DNA of 64,000 nt from Rhina ancylostomus (Eukaryota), in contig JARFYF010000104.1 in NCBI GenBank assembly GCA_030265395.1, forward strand, positions 35,755,089-35,819,088, written 5' to 3'. Positions 24,070-35,330 of this stretch are shown here, one piece after another. How positions within the stretch are numbered: position 1 is the first letter of the stretch; each line of letters begins with the position of its first letter. The position numbers were made by a program, and so were the translations under genes. Under the pieces are notes generated by a model that did not search any database, was not told where the DNA came from, and saw nothing but the letters and a program-made list of their open reading frames with translations.

Positions 24070-24905
24070 GAGGCACAAGAGACTCAGCAGGTCAGGCAGC
24101 ATCTATGGAGGGAAATGAACAGTTGACATTTTGGGTTGAGACCCTTCATTTAAGATTTCTTTATTAGTCACATGTACATCGAAACACACAGTGAGATGCA
24201 TTTTTTTGTGTAGAGTGTTCTGGGGGGCAGCCCGCAAGTGTCTCCATGCTTCCCAAGCCAACATCGCATGCCCACAACTTCCTAACCCGTACATCTTTGG
24301 AATGTGGGAGGAAACTAGAGCACCTGGAGGAAACCCACTCAGACACAGAGAGAATGTACAAACTCCTTACAGAGAGCATCTGAAATTGAACCTGGGTCTC
24401 TGGTGCTGTCATAGCATTATGCTAACCCCTACACTATCATGCCTGACCCCTCTGAAAGATCCAAATGAAGGGTCCCCTCTGAGTTATCCAGAGTAAAAAG
24501 GTGGAGGGAATGGGTGGAGCAAGTGCTGGCAGGTAATAGGGGGATCCAGGTCAGGGGCTGATAGGCAGAGAGGGGAATAGTGCCAGAAGCTGGGACATGA
24601 TAGATGGAAGCATGAAGGGCTGAAGATAATGGAATCTGATAGGACAGGGTAGAGCATGGAATCAAGGGAGGGAGGTGGGGAGGGCAGATGGTAGTGGGCA
24701 AGGGGAACCAATGGGCAGAGTGTGTGGGTATTGGGCAGATGGAGAAGGTGGAGGAGGGGAAAGAGATATGGTGATGCAGGCCAGGTGGGTCAGGAGGAGA
24801 GACAAAAGGGAACAGAGGAAGAGCAGTTTACCGGATGTTAGAGAAATTCAAGGTTCATGCTGTCGGATTGTAGATGACCCAGACAGAAACTAAGGTGCTG
24901 TTCCA
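24070..24905 (-). mobile_element. Penelope-like element (ORF C-terminus plus pLTR) interrupted by a V-SINE
   Basis: Minus-strand EQHLSFCLGHLQSDSMNLEF (about 24905-24845) matches the Penelope GIY-YIG ORF end (EQHLIFRLG.LQP.G.N.EF). The pLTR end CTCAGCAGGTCAGGCAGCATCT...TTTTGGGTTGAGACCCTTCAT lies at 24083-24149. Confidence 0.85.
24152..24443 (-). mobile_element. tRNA-derived V-SINE with a non-CR1 tail
   Basis: tRNA-like head with B-box-like GGTTCAATTTC, V-domain GGAGTTTGTACATTCTC...GTGGGTTTCCTCCAGGTGCTCTAGTTTCCTCCCACA, tail CACTGTGTGTTTCGATGTACATGTGACTAATAAAG. Confidence 0.85.
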
Positions 24906-27900
24906 CTAAACACTTTTGTCCATAATAAAACATGATGATTCAGACTATTCAATAGTCTTTCCCTTGTCTAACCAGAAATCACACACAAACTTCTTTAGAA
25001 TGAATAAATCTTGCATTTGATCCTTGCTCAGATGGTGTGGAAAATGTTTACAGGTGTGAAGCATGACTAATATCCAATGAAGAGTCTAGACTGCATTATG
25101 AATCTATTTGGAAAACTGTTTGATGCAAGATTACAAATCTCGAAGGAAAGAATATATGCCTCAGTGCTGCCAAACACTTATGAGACTTCATTTCAAACCT
25201 CCCTATTCACACATTAGTGAATTACACTGAATACATCTTAAATATTTAATAAGAAACTGGGACACAATACCTGCCATTAAAGGGCATTTACCATCAATTC
25301 CAGGCTACTATCACTTTCAGTTGGACTGGGGATGCTTTAAATAGGTCTAAATAACTTGGGAATTAACATCACTTGCAACTGACAACACATTTCTTTAAAG
25401 AAATCCCAAGGTTTCGAATGATAATATTGCATTTTGGAACTTTTAATTCACACAGACATACTCTCCGGAATTCTCCATAAGTAAATATGGTCACTCTATA
25501 ATGTTACAAATACATGTCACGAGGTTGTATCTAAGGGCTGTCGATTAAGCATATAATTAATTGGCAATTGAATTTCAAAACAGTGGTGATAAGCATGAGG
25601 CAGTATATTTTGGTGAGAAAAGTATGAAGGGTGCGTGTCACTTGGAAAATAACTTGGAAGAAATACTGGGACTGGTTCAGCAGAATGAATGTTTATTTCA
25701 CTTAATTCTGCCTTATGTTGGAAACTAACAAATTCACAGAAACTTTACATACAGTTATGAGATTTCTTGTAAGATGGTATTACAGTAATACTATACATAC
25801 TATCTATGTAGGAGAATTCACACATTCTTTCTCAATGAAAAATCCTACACTAGCTTCTTAACGCTACAATGTTAGAATGGCAAGGATCCTGCAGTATATT
25901 AAACAGACTGCCATAAAGTAGCAATATCAAGAGAACTGTTGGTAAGACTTGCTCTGTTCTTTGTGTAGAAACAACTTAAGTGAATTTGTCAATATTTTCT
26001 CCACTTAATATTTCAAACAAAACTGCAAACATGTCCAAAAAACACAAACTATTTATTTTAAACACCAAATGGCATGCTTATGAATACATTTGTAATATCA
26101 CTGCACTTAGTAACCAGAAAAACTGTTCTCTATCAGGGGTGCAATGTACTGCATGCTGGCTTAATCTTTCATTCTAATGTTCTCCAGACCATGCCAAGTC
26201 CTATCTGTGTGTGCATGTGCTCCATTCTAGTATGTTGGCTGTGTGAGCTGAGCTTTCTGGGTGATCTGTACTGTTTCAATGAAATGAATCAGTTGGCTGA
26301 CTCTGGACACAGACCAAGTTGAAGAAACGACAGCGAAGTCACAAAGAACACTAGAGCCAGGGTGACCCCTGCTCCCTTCCAATGCAGGGAGTTTAAACAA
26401 GGGATTTTGAGAGTTGATCTATTTCATTTATTGTGATTGTAGGCTTTTGTTTAATTATGACAATAGTGTATAGTTCAAATAATCATCAGATGGACTTTAA
26501 AAAGTTTGAGTTGTACTGTAAACAGATTGCATAGTTGTAAGATCTATTAGATCAAAATAGTTTATCATCAATTTTAGCTGGAATGTAAGTTTTTCAAATT
26601 CTACAAATCTTCTGGAATCATCATTTTTTTAACCATACATTAAGGTCAGTGATTCTTATTTCAAGACGACCTGCAAATTTCGAACTATATTGACTTGAGT
26701 AGAGTTGAACAATAGGGAGAATAGTAAATGGCACCTCTTTTTAAGATCAAATTGAGAAAAGAAATTCCAGTGAGCATAAAATGTAGTTTATATTTGATCA
26801 CCACTGATATTCTTATTATAAAAGCGTCAGTTTTTTTTAATTTTTATCCAACCAATTTCCAAATCTATCTAATAAAGCCACAGTCAATCCATGAAGCAAA
26901 ATTAATGGCAAAAGTTTGGAACCATTGAATTTGTATCCTTGAAGCAGTATTTCATTGACTTGTCTAATTAGATACTAAGATTTGTAAATGATGGAATGTG
27001 TGAATCTGAAGTGCTTTTTAAATAATTATTATATAAATTAAAGATGTTTTGGATAATTTTAAAGTGTAATCCACCTATGGAGATTGCCAAGAAATTAGTT
27101 ACTCTAAACATATTGAATGCCTCTTTGACACCCTAATGGAGCTCAGCCTATCTAGCTAAGCACAGATGGAGTTCTGCCAAGATATCTTGAACCTGCATAA
27201 CTGGGTAATTTACACACTGAGGATCAAAACAATGTTTGAGGCATCTGTGCAAAATATTAGTACAAGTTTAGTATTGGAAGTCCAAACAATTTGAAACAGT
27301 TCTTCAACATAAATGTAGCATTTGGCCATCTGGGATTTCAATGTCCAAATTACAAATCAGACAGGAAAGAATAGAGACTTTTCAGAATCAATTGCATGAA
27401 GAAGAGCATTTAAAACTTCACAGTAGACAGACTTTCATTGGCAATGAAGAAGGGCACTTCCAAAAGATATTAAGAATTCAAACAACTACCACATATGCAT
27501 TCCTATAGTAGTTGAGGTGGCTAAATCTGAAGTACTTAAGTACCTCAACTTCAGCCAAGCCAGAGTACAAGTAAGTCAGAGACTCTCATTACTGATTAGC
27601 TTTATCTTTTAACATCTTAATAAAAATTGCCATTTAATAAAGAGAAAATACCATTTGTGAACAGGATGCTTTAGTCAAGGAGAATACAGGGAAAGACTGA
27701 GTTGTGACATGACTTCGGGAAAACTGGAAATGGAGCCTTATCATTATGGTTGACTGTGGTTGCACTAAGCCTGACTCCTAATCCAGATGGAAATGGCTTG
27801 TTGTAAAATGTGTTTAAGATTGAGAACATAAAGCTTAACCACGGTGGCTGTGGTTTGCTCAAACCTCAGAAAGATAGTGAGTTAATGGTGAAAAAGCCAT

Positions 27901-28644
27901 ACAGAAACTGCTTATTTCAAACCCAAAAGAATGTAGAGTTTTGAATGTACCCTATAATTGCAATTGGTCATGCTACAGCATATTTTATAAGGCAGGCTTA
28001 TAAATAAGCAATATTTTTGTCCTGCTGGTAGTTTTTACATATGGTTGTGATTATGATTGTTAAACTGTGGCCATAACTACATACCATGACAAAACTAAAT
28101 GAATCTCTGACCAATTTAAAAAATTACCAGCACAAAATATATTAAGAAACGAAGTTAGCATCTAATTCGCAAACTGTAGTATTTTGTCCTATACAGTTCT
28201 GTTGTGACAAATATATCGACCAAGCTCGTTGCTGTATGACCCCTGAGAATGCCTCTGTGATTATGATAATTCATTAAAAACAGCATTTATAGGGTCCAAG
28301 ATGCTTTCCTTACAGCTGTATTAACCCTACTTCCTGTACAGCATCTGGAAGGCTTCCAAAAACAAACATTTTATATAAAACTTTATTACTAGAAAACCAC
28401 TAACTGGGCTGCATCTCTTAACACTTACCTTTGCCCACATTCAACATGACACACATATCCTTTTGTTTTACAGGAAATTGCTCTTTCTCTCTTTTCCTTT
28501 CAACTTCAACTCATTTGAACAGTTAATGAGAAAAATAAGTTACGTTTAAAAGGGGTGCCACTTGCTCACCAAAAATCACCAAAAGCAAGCGCTAATGTAC
28601 AAAAAGTAATTAAATTGTCAAGAAGAATGTTTGCATTTTGGAAT

Positions 28645-29180
28645 GGGATTCTGTCTACACTTCTCACTGCCTCGGTAAAGCAGCCGATATAATCAAAGAC
28701 CCCGCCCACCCTGGACATATTCTCTTCTCACCCCTCCCATCACGCAGAAGATACCAAAGTCTGAAAGCACGTACCACCAGACTCAAGGACAGCTTCTATC
28801 CCATTGTTATAAGACTATTCAATGGTCCCCTAGTACGNNNNNNNNNNNNNNNNNNNNNNNNNNNNNNNNNNNNNNNNNNNNNNNNNNNNNNNNNNNNNNN
28901 NNNNNNNNNNNNNNNNNNNNNNNNNNNNNNNNNNNNNCAGTACAATAAGATGGACTCTTGACCTCTTAATATACTTTGTCATGGCCTTGGACTTTACTGC
29001 CTGCCTGCCTGCACTGCACTTTCTCTGTAACTGTAACACTTTATTCTGCATTCTGTTATTGTTTTTACCCTGTTCTACCTCAATGCACTGATGTGATGAA
29101 ATGATCTGCATGGATGGCATGCAAAACAAAGTTTTTCACTGTATCTCGGTATATATGACAATAATAAATCAATTTACCAT
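28645..29180 (+). mobile_element. Rex-Babar-type LINE 3' portion
   Basis: DSVYTSHCLGKAADIIKDPAHPGHILFSPLPSRRRYQSLKARTTRLKDSFYPIVIRLFN plus 3' UTR. Confidence 0.88.
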
Positions 29181-30239
29181 TTATCTCAAATAGACAGGAA
29201 TACAATAGATAGGAGTGATGCTTCAGTTTTATTTACCTTTGGTCAGAAACCATCTTGAGTATTGGATACCATGGGAAAGGAATGATACCTCAGGTGTATA
29301 TTTCTTTAGATACAGTATATGGAACAGGGGTAGTTAAGTCAATTGAGAATACAAATTAACCAAAAGACCAACAAAATATAAAGAACTGAAAGGCCTTTAT
29401 TGTTCAAATATTGCACTTGTTTGTAATTCAGTTCATTCCAATCACAATCAAACAGGCAAATAGTTTTTATAAAATTTTAACAAAAGAACTACTATCTTTA
29501 CTCCATTTTTGGGGTGCAATTAACTTGTGTCCTGTCACCTGAAACAAAATCAATGAACTTCAAATATAAACCAAAAATATCATGATTGGGAAGTAACTTA
29601 GGATGAACTCAGAAATTCCAGTTTCTAAGCAGTCAAATTCTGCATACACTGTAGTTAAAATACATTAGAAGGAACTATGGATTAGTCCATACAAAGTGCT
29701 GATAAGAATCTGAAATTAAGTAAATATAATTCTACTGCTGAGCAATAATTTCAACAACACATTGCAATAAATGGAAGGTGACTGAAAGGGGGGAGGTGCA
29801 GCAGAGTCANNNNNNNNNNNNNNNNCCGACATCAGCATTTGCTTCCAATGTTGAAAAGCTTGAACCATTTGTCACTGTGAATACTGTACCTACATTTCAC
29901 AAGATGTCTTAAAAGCATATTTGCAGAGCTTATATTAATCATTGCAAGACTCAGTCACACCACTCACTTAGGTAAACATTTCAGTCCTTCACCTAAGAAA
30001 TATCACACATACCTGCAATTCTTTTATGAGAGGTACTTTGTCATCTTATCAAAAGGAGGACAGTAGTTCTTTGTTCCTTTTCCAGAAACACAACCAACTT
30101 CAATTTCTTTGCTTCCTTTCAAGTTTGCAAAATTATTGCATGGTACTTTTTGGACCATTGCTTCATTGAGTTAAAGCTAAACAGATAAAATTATCACAGA
30201 GCAAAATATTACTTTAGATAGGTATATAACATCTGGAAG

Positions 30240-31190
30240 AAGCAACAGACATAATTCCAGAAGACTTTGCAAATTGCTGGAAGAGGTAGCCAAACATTCC
30301 TAGAATGGGAAGCAGGATTTTCAGACCTCCTGTGGTGGAGACATTCTGTGCACACAGGTCAAGTACCACCCCAGGAACAGCTGTGGCAATGGGCAGGGAA
30401 TCTAATAATTCAAGGAGTATACCCCAAAAGACCTGGATGCTGTGCTGCAGCCGGATGCCTGGAGCACTGGAAAGTTTCTGAGGGAGAGTCTGGGAAATGA
30501 GGACAGTTTAATGCTGCAGGAATGTGCATGCACAGAGCATGCAAGTATGAGTTGGTTCTAACCAGAACAGATGTGGAGAAAAAGAGGAAGAAGGTGTAAT
30601 GGCAGTGCTGATTGAGGAGAACATTGCAGGATTCAGAAGAACATCAACAGCTTCTTCCCTATGCCATCAGGTTCTTGAGCCAACCTGAAAAACCTTAACT
30701 CTACCTTGGACTATATTTCCCTCAACCTGCACTACTGCTGTTACGTTTATTTTGTCATGCAAGTTACGTAGAATTTATTTTAAGTTTATGTAAATTATGT
30801 TTGTCATGTCTATAATCTACTGTGTTGTTGTGGCTGCAAAAAAGCTAATTTTCATGGCATTTATAACTTGGATATGTATGCCCATGAAAATAAACTTGAA
30901 CTTGAGAATGTCTTACAACGGTCAAAGTTTAAATCTACTTGCACAGAGTTAAGAAACAAGGTAGATGCCATCATACCACTGGGAGTCTTGGGTTAATGCG
31001 AAAGGTTGGGGAAGCTGGAATTGTTTACCTTGAATCAGAGATAGTTGAGAAACATGTGAGCAATATTTGAAATAATAATGGGTCTGGATGGAGTAGATAG
31101 GGAGAAACCAATTCCACTGATGGAGAGATCAAGAGGTAGAGAATGTAGACTTCAAACAATGAGTAGAAGAATAGGTGTTGCAAGAAGGCA
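30240..31190 (+). mobile_element. Old internally deleted CR1 (ORF1 esterase, endonuclease and 3' pieces)
   Basis: Degenerate GDSIIRG and CCLPGA-like (ORF1), GGGVAVLIKE-like and ELRNK..AI..LGV (endonuclease) segments, then LGKLELFTL.Q..LR (3' ORF2). Confidence 0.55.
30645..30905 (+). mobile_element. Rex-Babar-type 3' end nested in CR1
   Basis: CAACAGCTTCTTCCC..TGCCATCAGGTTCTTGA (NSFFP.AIR.L) and tail AATAAACTTGAACTTGA. Confidence 0.7.
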
Positions 31191-31308
31191 AAAAGCCATC
31201 TATTTCACATTAGCATTCAAAAAATAAAGGTGCCCTCAGGTTCTGCAATGGTTAAAATTCCTACTGACCTATGAATCACTAGAAAACAAGCTTTTCACTA
31301 ACATAAAG

Positions 31309-31490
31309 TAAAAACAGAAAATGCTAGAAACACTCAGCAGGTCAGGCAGCATCTGTGGAAAGAGAAACAGAGTTACACTTCCAGATCCTTTGTCCCATAC
31401 CTGAAATGTTAACTCTGCTTCACTTTCCACTGCTGATCATTTCCAACATTTTCTGTTTTAATTTTAGGTTTTTCAGCATCTGCATTCTTT
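31309..31490. mobile_element. Inverted pair of Penelope-like pLTR ends
   Basis: 31309-31384 and 31401-31460 are imperfect reverse complements (AAAACAGAAAATG.T.GAAA...GTGGAAAG.GAA.CAGAGTTA.CA.TTC). Confidence 0.75.
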
Positions 31491-32744
31491 TTCATTTTCA
31501 TTGACATGTTCTTTGCTTATACCATCAGAGATTTCTTCACAAGGGAGAGGAAAACTATTTTCTATTCCTTTCAACAAATGCCTGCAGGGTCTAATTTGCC
31601 TTCTCATTTTTTTTTCCTATCTGATATGGGTCAAGAGACCTAAGAGGAAGAGATAATTAAAAGAAAAAAAATTGCATGAACAAAACCATCCTCAGATTGT
31701 GATTATGTAGGTTCTTCATAATTATTCAAGTTATCCAACAGAACGTCAGTACAAAATAAAATTTATGAGCAAAATCCACAACATAAGTTCAAGAAGCAAA
31801 TAATGATTGACTACCAAATACTTCAGCAGCATGCAGAATTTTCAAAAGCTACCAAAACTGAGATCCCTCTGGCAACTTGCGTGATTCAACTTATTAAGAA
31901 TTTAGCCTCTTTTCAGCATTATACTGTACGGGAGGAGGAGACCATGCAGATAAAAAGCATTTTGAATGTTGCAGTCGAAATAAACAACGACATCGGATAG
32001 CAAGAGTTTACAGCTGTAAGGCTGCCAATTGATTTGCCCATCTATTATGGACAGTATATACAATCAAACAGTGTTCCTGAAAACAAAAGTTTTATTAGCC
32101 ATTCATTAACATTTTCAGGCAAGGTTCCAATTTTAAGCTGAATATTCACTGGGTCAAAGTGGTGCAATTTTTACCATCAAGCAACAAACACATTACCAAA
32201 TAATGAATTTGATAGATTGGACACTCTCAGAATGAGTGTCAGCAATATGAGTGAAATAGAATTTATCTTAACACTTCAGTACAAACCTCTAGCAGGTTTA
32301 GACATTGTTTGTTCCTATTTCTTGTGTGGGAGTAGTTCAGTAGTACATATAAACTTTGCTAAGATTCATTGGTCCATTTGCTCCACCTTCAACTTTCTTG
32401 TTTCTTCTCATGTTGCCACAATTGCAATCCAAACATCTGTTCTTCTGTTAGAGGTCAATGAATAGCACTCATAAGCAGCAACCCAGTGGCTTCCACTCCC
32501 CAGTCCAGAGCCTCTAAGTCAGACCTCACTATTACAGGTAATACTGACTCAGATCAGAGATCAGATGCAGGATTGACCAATGCTTTATAAATTCAGTGAG
32601 CAGAAGAACCTGACCTTAACANNNNNNNNNNNNNNNNNNTCTTGCAATAAAGTCATGGTAGCTGTACAAAGTTAACGGAAGCTAAAACAGTCAAACTGCA
32701 GTGGCAATCCCAGCTTTGGGCAACTGCTGGGTTCTTAGCGCAAT

Positions 32745-33640
32745 AGAACAGAATGAAATCAATCTCACAAAAGCACAGGAGGAGGCCGTTTGGCCCATTG
32801 AGCATGCACCAGCTCCAAGCAGACAAATCCTTTCAGTCTCTCACCCCTTCTCTTTTCCTGTAATCCTGAAGATAATTCTTTCCAGTACATACTTAATTCT
32901 CTTCTGAAAACCCTGATTGATTCTGCTTCCAGCTTCTCAACAAGCTGTGAATTTCAGCTCGTAAATACCCTCAGCAAAAAAAAAGCTTTTCCTCATAAAC
33001 CATTCTATCTTTGCCCCCAATTTTTAAATCTGTGCCCACTAAAGGAAACAGCTTCCCTATAACTTCTATAAATCTTGTACAACTTAATTAAATCTCTCTT
33101 TAACCTTGCTTGCTCCATCGAGAACAACCCCAGCTTCTCCAGTCTGACCTTGCATCCAAACTCCCTCATCCTTGAAACTATTTTGTTCCCTTTCTGTTCC
33201 CTCAACACATCTTTCCTAAAGGATTGGATACATTACTCCATTTGTGGCCCAACCAGCAGCTTTTATTTTAATTCAAGATCTATATAACCTCCCTGCTATA
33301 ATCCTATATAATCCCCAAAATCCCATCAAGGGTACTAACCACACTCTCAATTGGCCTTGCCTCTTCTAAGGATGATCCAGGTCTCTCTCCTGTTAGACCT
33401 CCTTGGAACTTTGCCACTTATCCAACAAAATGTTTTTTTTTCCCAACAAAATGTTTCAATTCACACCTCTCTGCATTATATTTCATCTTCCACTTATCCA
33501 CCCTTTCTGCCAGCTTACCTATGTCTCTTTGTCATGTATTACAATCTTGTTTCCCACACTTCCAAACTTTGTTTCATCTGCAAATATGCAAACTTTACCC
33601 TGCACACCCATACTAAGTTATTAATATACATAGAAAACCC
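32745..33640 (-). mobile_element. Old CR1 LINE 3' portion
   Basis: RLEKLGLFSMEQARLKRDLIKLYKI; tail CACAGGAGGAGGCCGTTTGGCCCAT; upstream KFADETKFG. Confidence 0.8.
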
Positions 33641-35234
33641 ACCCCATCCACTGATCATACGTAATACTTTATGTCAATTGATATAGTCTTATATTAAATA
33701 AAATACTTCTTTAAAAAACTTTGACTTTAGTAAAATTATCCTTTCAGTAAATTGATGATAAATAAAGAGAAGGACCCATATTTCTCACAGTCTTCTCATA
33801 TTGAGTCTGGATTATGGCAAAAGGATCTCAGCCCTGTGTCTTACTGACCCAAAAGACACTGAGTAGTTTTGGACAAAGTCCGATATCTGATGCAATACTG
33901 AATCTCCTCGAGCTGCACTACCAATTTTTTTCATGCAGTCCAATTTAGTGGAATATCATGTTCCATTACATGTCAAAGGGACTCCAGGTTTCACAGCCAT
34001 AGTGTGAGATCTACTCATTTATATGTCTGTAATTATTTTCTTTTGGCACAGTTATGCTTTAACATTACATTTAAANNNNNNNNNNATCAGAAAATAAAAT
34101 GCCCAGATTTAGTTTCTATGATTTTCTGGGCATTTTTTTTAACAATAGCACCTTATATTTTGTTAGCGTTCTGTTCACAAATCCAAGTAGTGAAAATCCA
34201 TGAATAAAAGAAATGAGCATCAATCCCTTTAATCGTTGCTCATACAATAGTCAAGCTGGTCATATAAGTAGGCAATCCGTTACAGATTTAAGCAGAAAAT
34301 GAATGGACAATTAACATTACAACCAAACAAATATGTTACAAATTAGAATAAACATTCTTATAAACTGTAAATTGAATGATAATATTTTAACTATGTCCAC
34401 TAAAAATAATGCCTGTACATTCAAACTCAGTTTACTGAGTGAATAGTTGTTCTGTACATTTGAAACACTGGTCTATAAAATCTTAGGTGTAATGCATTCT
34501 TTATTTCTGACTGCGACATTTATGAAAATCCTTTATTTCCAGAGTGCAATAGAATCACGACAATTTCCAGGGCAAATCACACCCCTCCGGAGGTTTAACT
34601 GGACACTTCCAATCACAACCTGGCCTGCAATGAGGATGGGACTTCGGAGTCAGGCACATACGAAGTAATGTTAAACCCCACATAATACTGGTGGATCTGA
34701 GGTGTACCTCGCATTGGCTGGTCTCTGAACAACAGCTCTGCTGCTGGAGCAGGTGCTGGCCAAGGACTGAGAACCCCACGTGGTTCAGTTCCCTTTCTTA
34801 CCGCATCTCTTTTGACTGATGACACTGTTTAAGCCACAACTCCTAAACAAGGACCATCCTTAACCTCCGACAGAGTCTGCGACTCCTTTCCCATTTACAG
34901 GTCCTATTTCCTGCAACCCTTGAACCCATTTCAAGGGTTGCAGAAAATAGGACTGGTAATTGGGGCACAAAGGTAAGTGCACAAGGGTCATCCAAACAAG
35001 GCCAATAACTTCAGCATTACNNNNNNNNNNTTGCCGCAGTGGACACATAACTAAAATAATCATCGGTACACCACAAAGCAGCCCGGCATCAACCCCTCTT
35101 GAACCAGTAGTTTGTGGGACATTGTACATTCAAAATAAATTCTTTAGCCGCATGATCTTTCAATTCTGTACAAATAGCTTCTTCAATTCTATTGCTCCAC
35201 CACCAACAACTTCAAAATTAAATTCGGTAACATA

Positions 35235-35330
35235 AAACAGAATGCCGAAGAACTCAGCGGGTCAAGTGGCATCTATGGAGGCAAAAGGCACATGTCGATA
35301 TTTCAGGACAAGACCCTACCTCAGGACTGC
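35235..35330 (-). mobile_element. Penelope-like pLTR fragment with a hammerhead remnant
   Basis: GAACTCAGCGGGTCAAGTGGCATCTATGGAG...GTCGATATTTCAGGACAAGACCCTACCTCAGGACT. Confidence 0.75.

Noticed and set aside
28830-28945. 100-N gap suggesting an insertion in the Rex-Babar element
   Set aside because: Both sides overlap (AGTAC) and the element appears continuous; likely a placeholder gap.
34560-35200. GC-richer segment, possible LTR or retroelement fragment
   Set aside because: No clear TG..CA ends, primer-binding site or pol motif.
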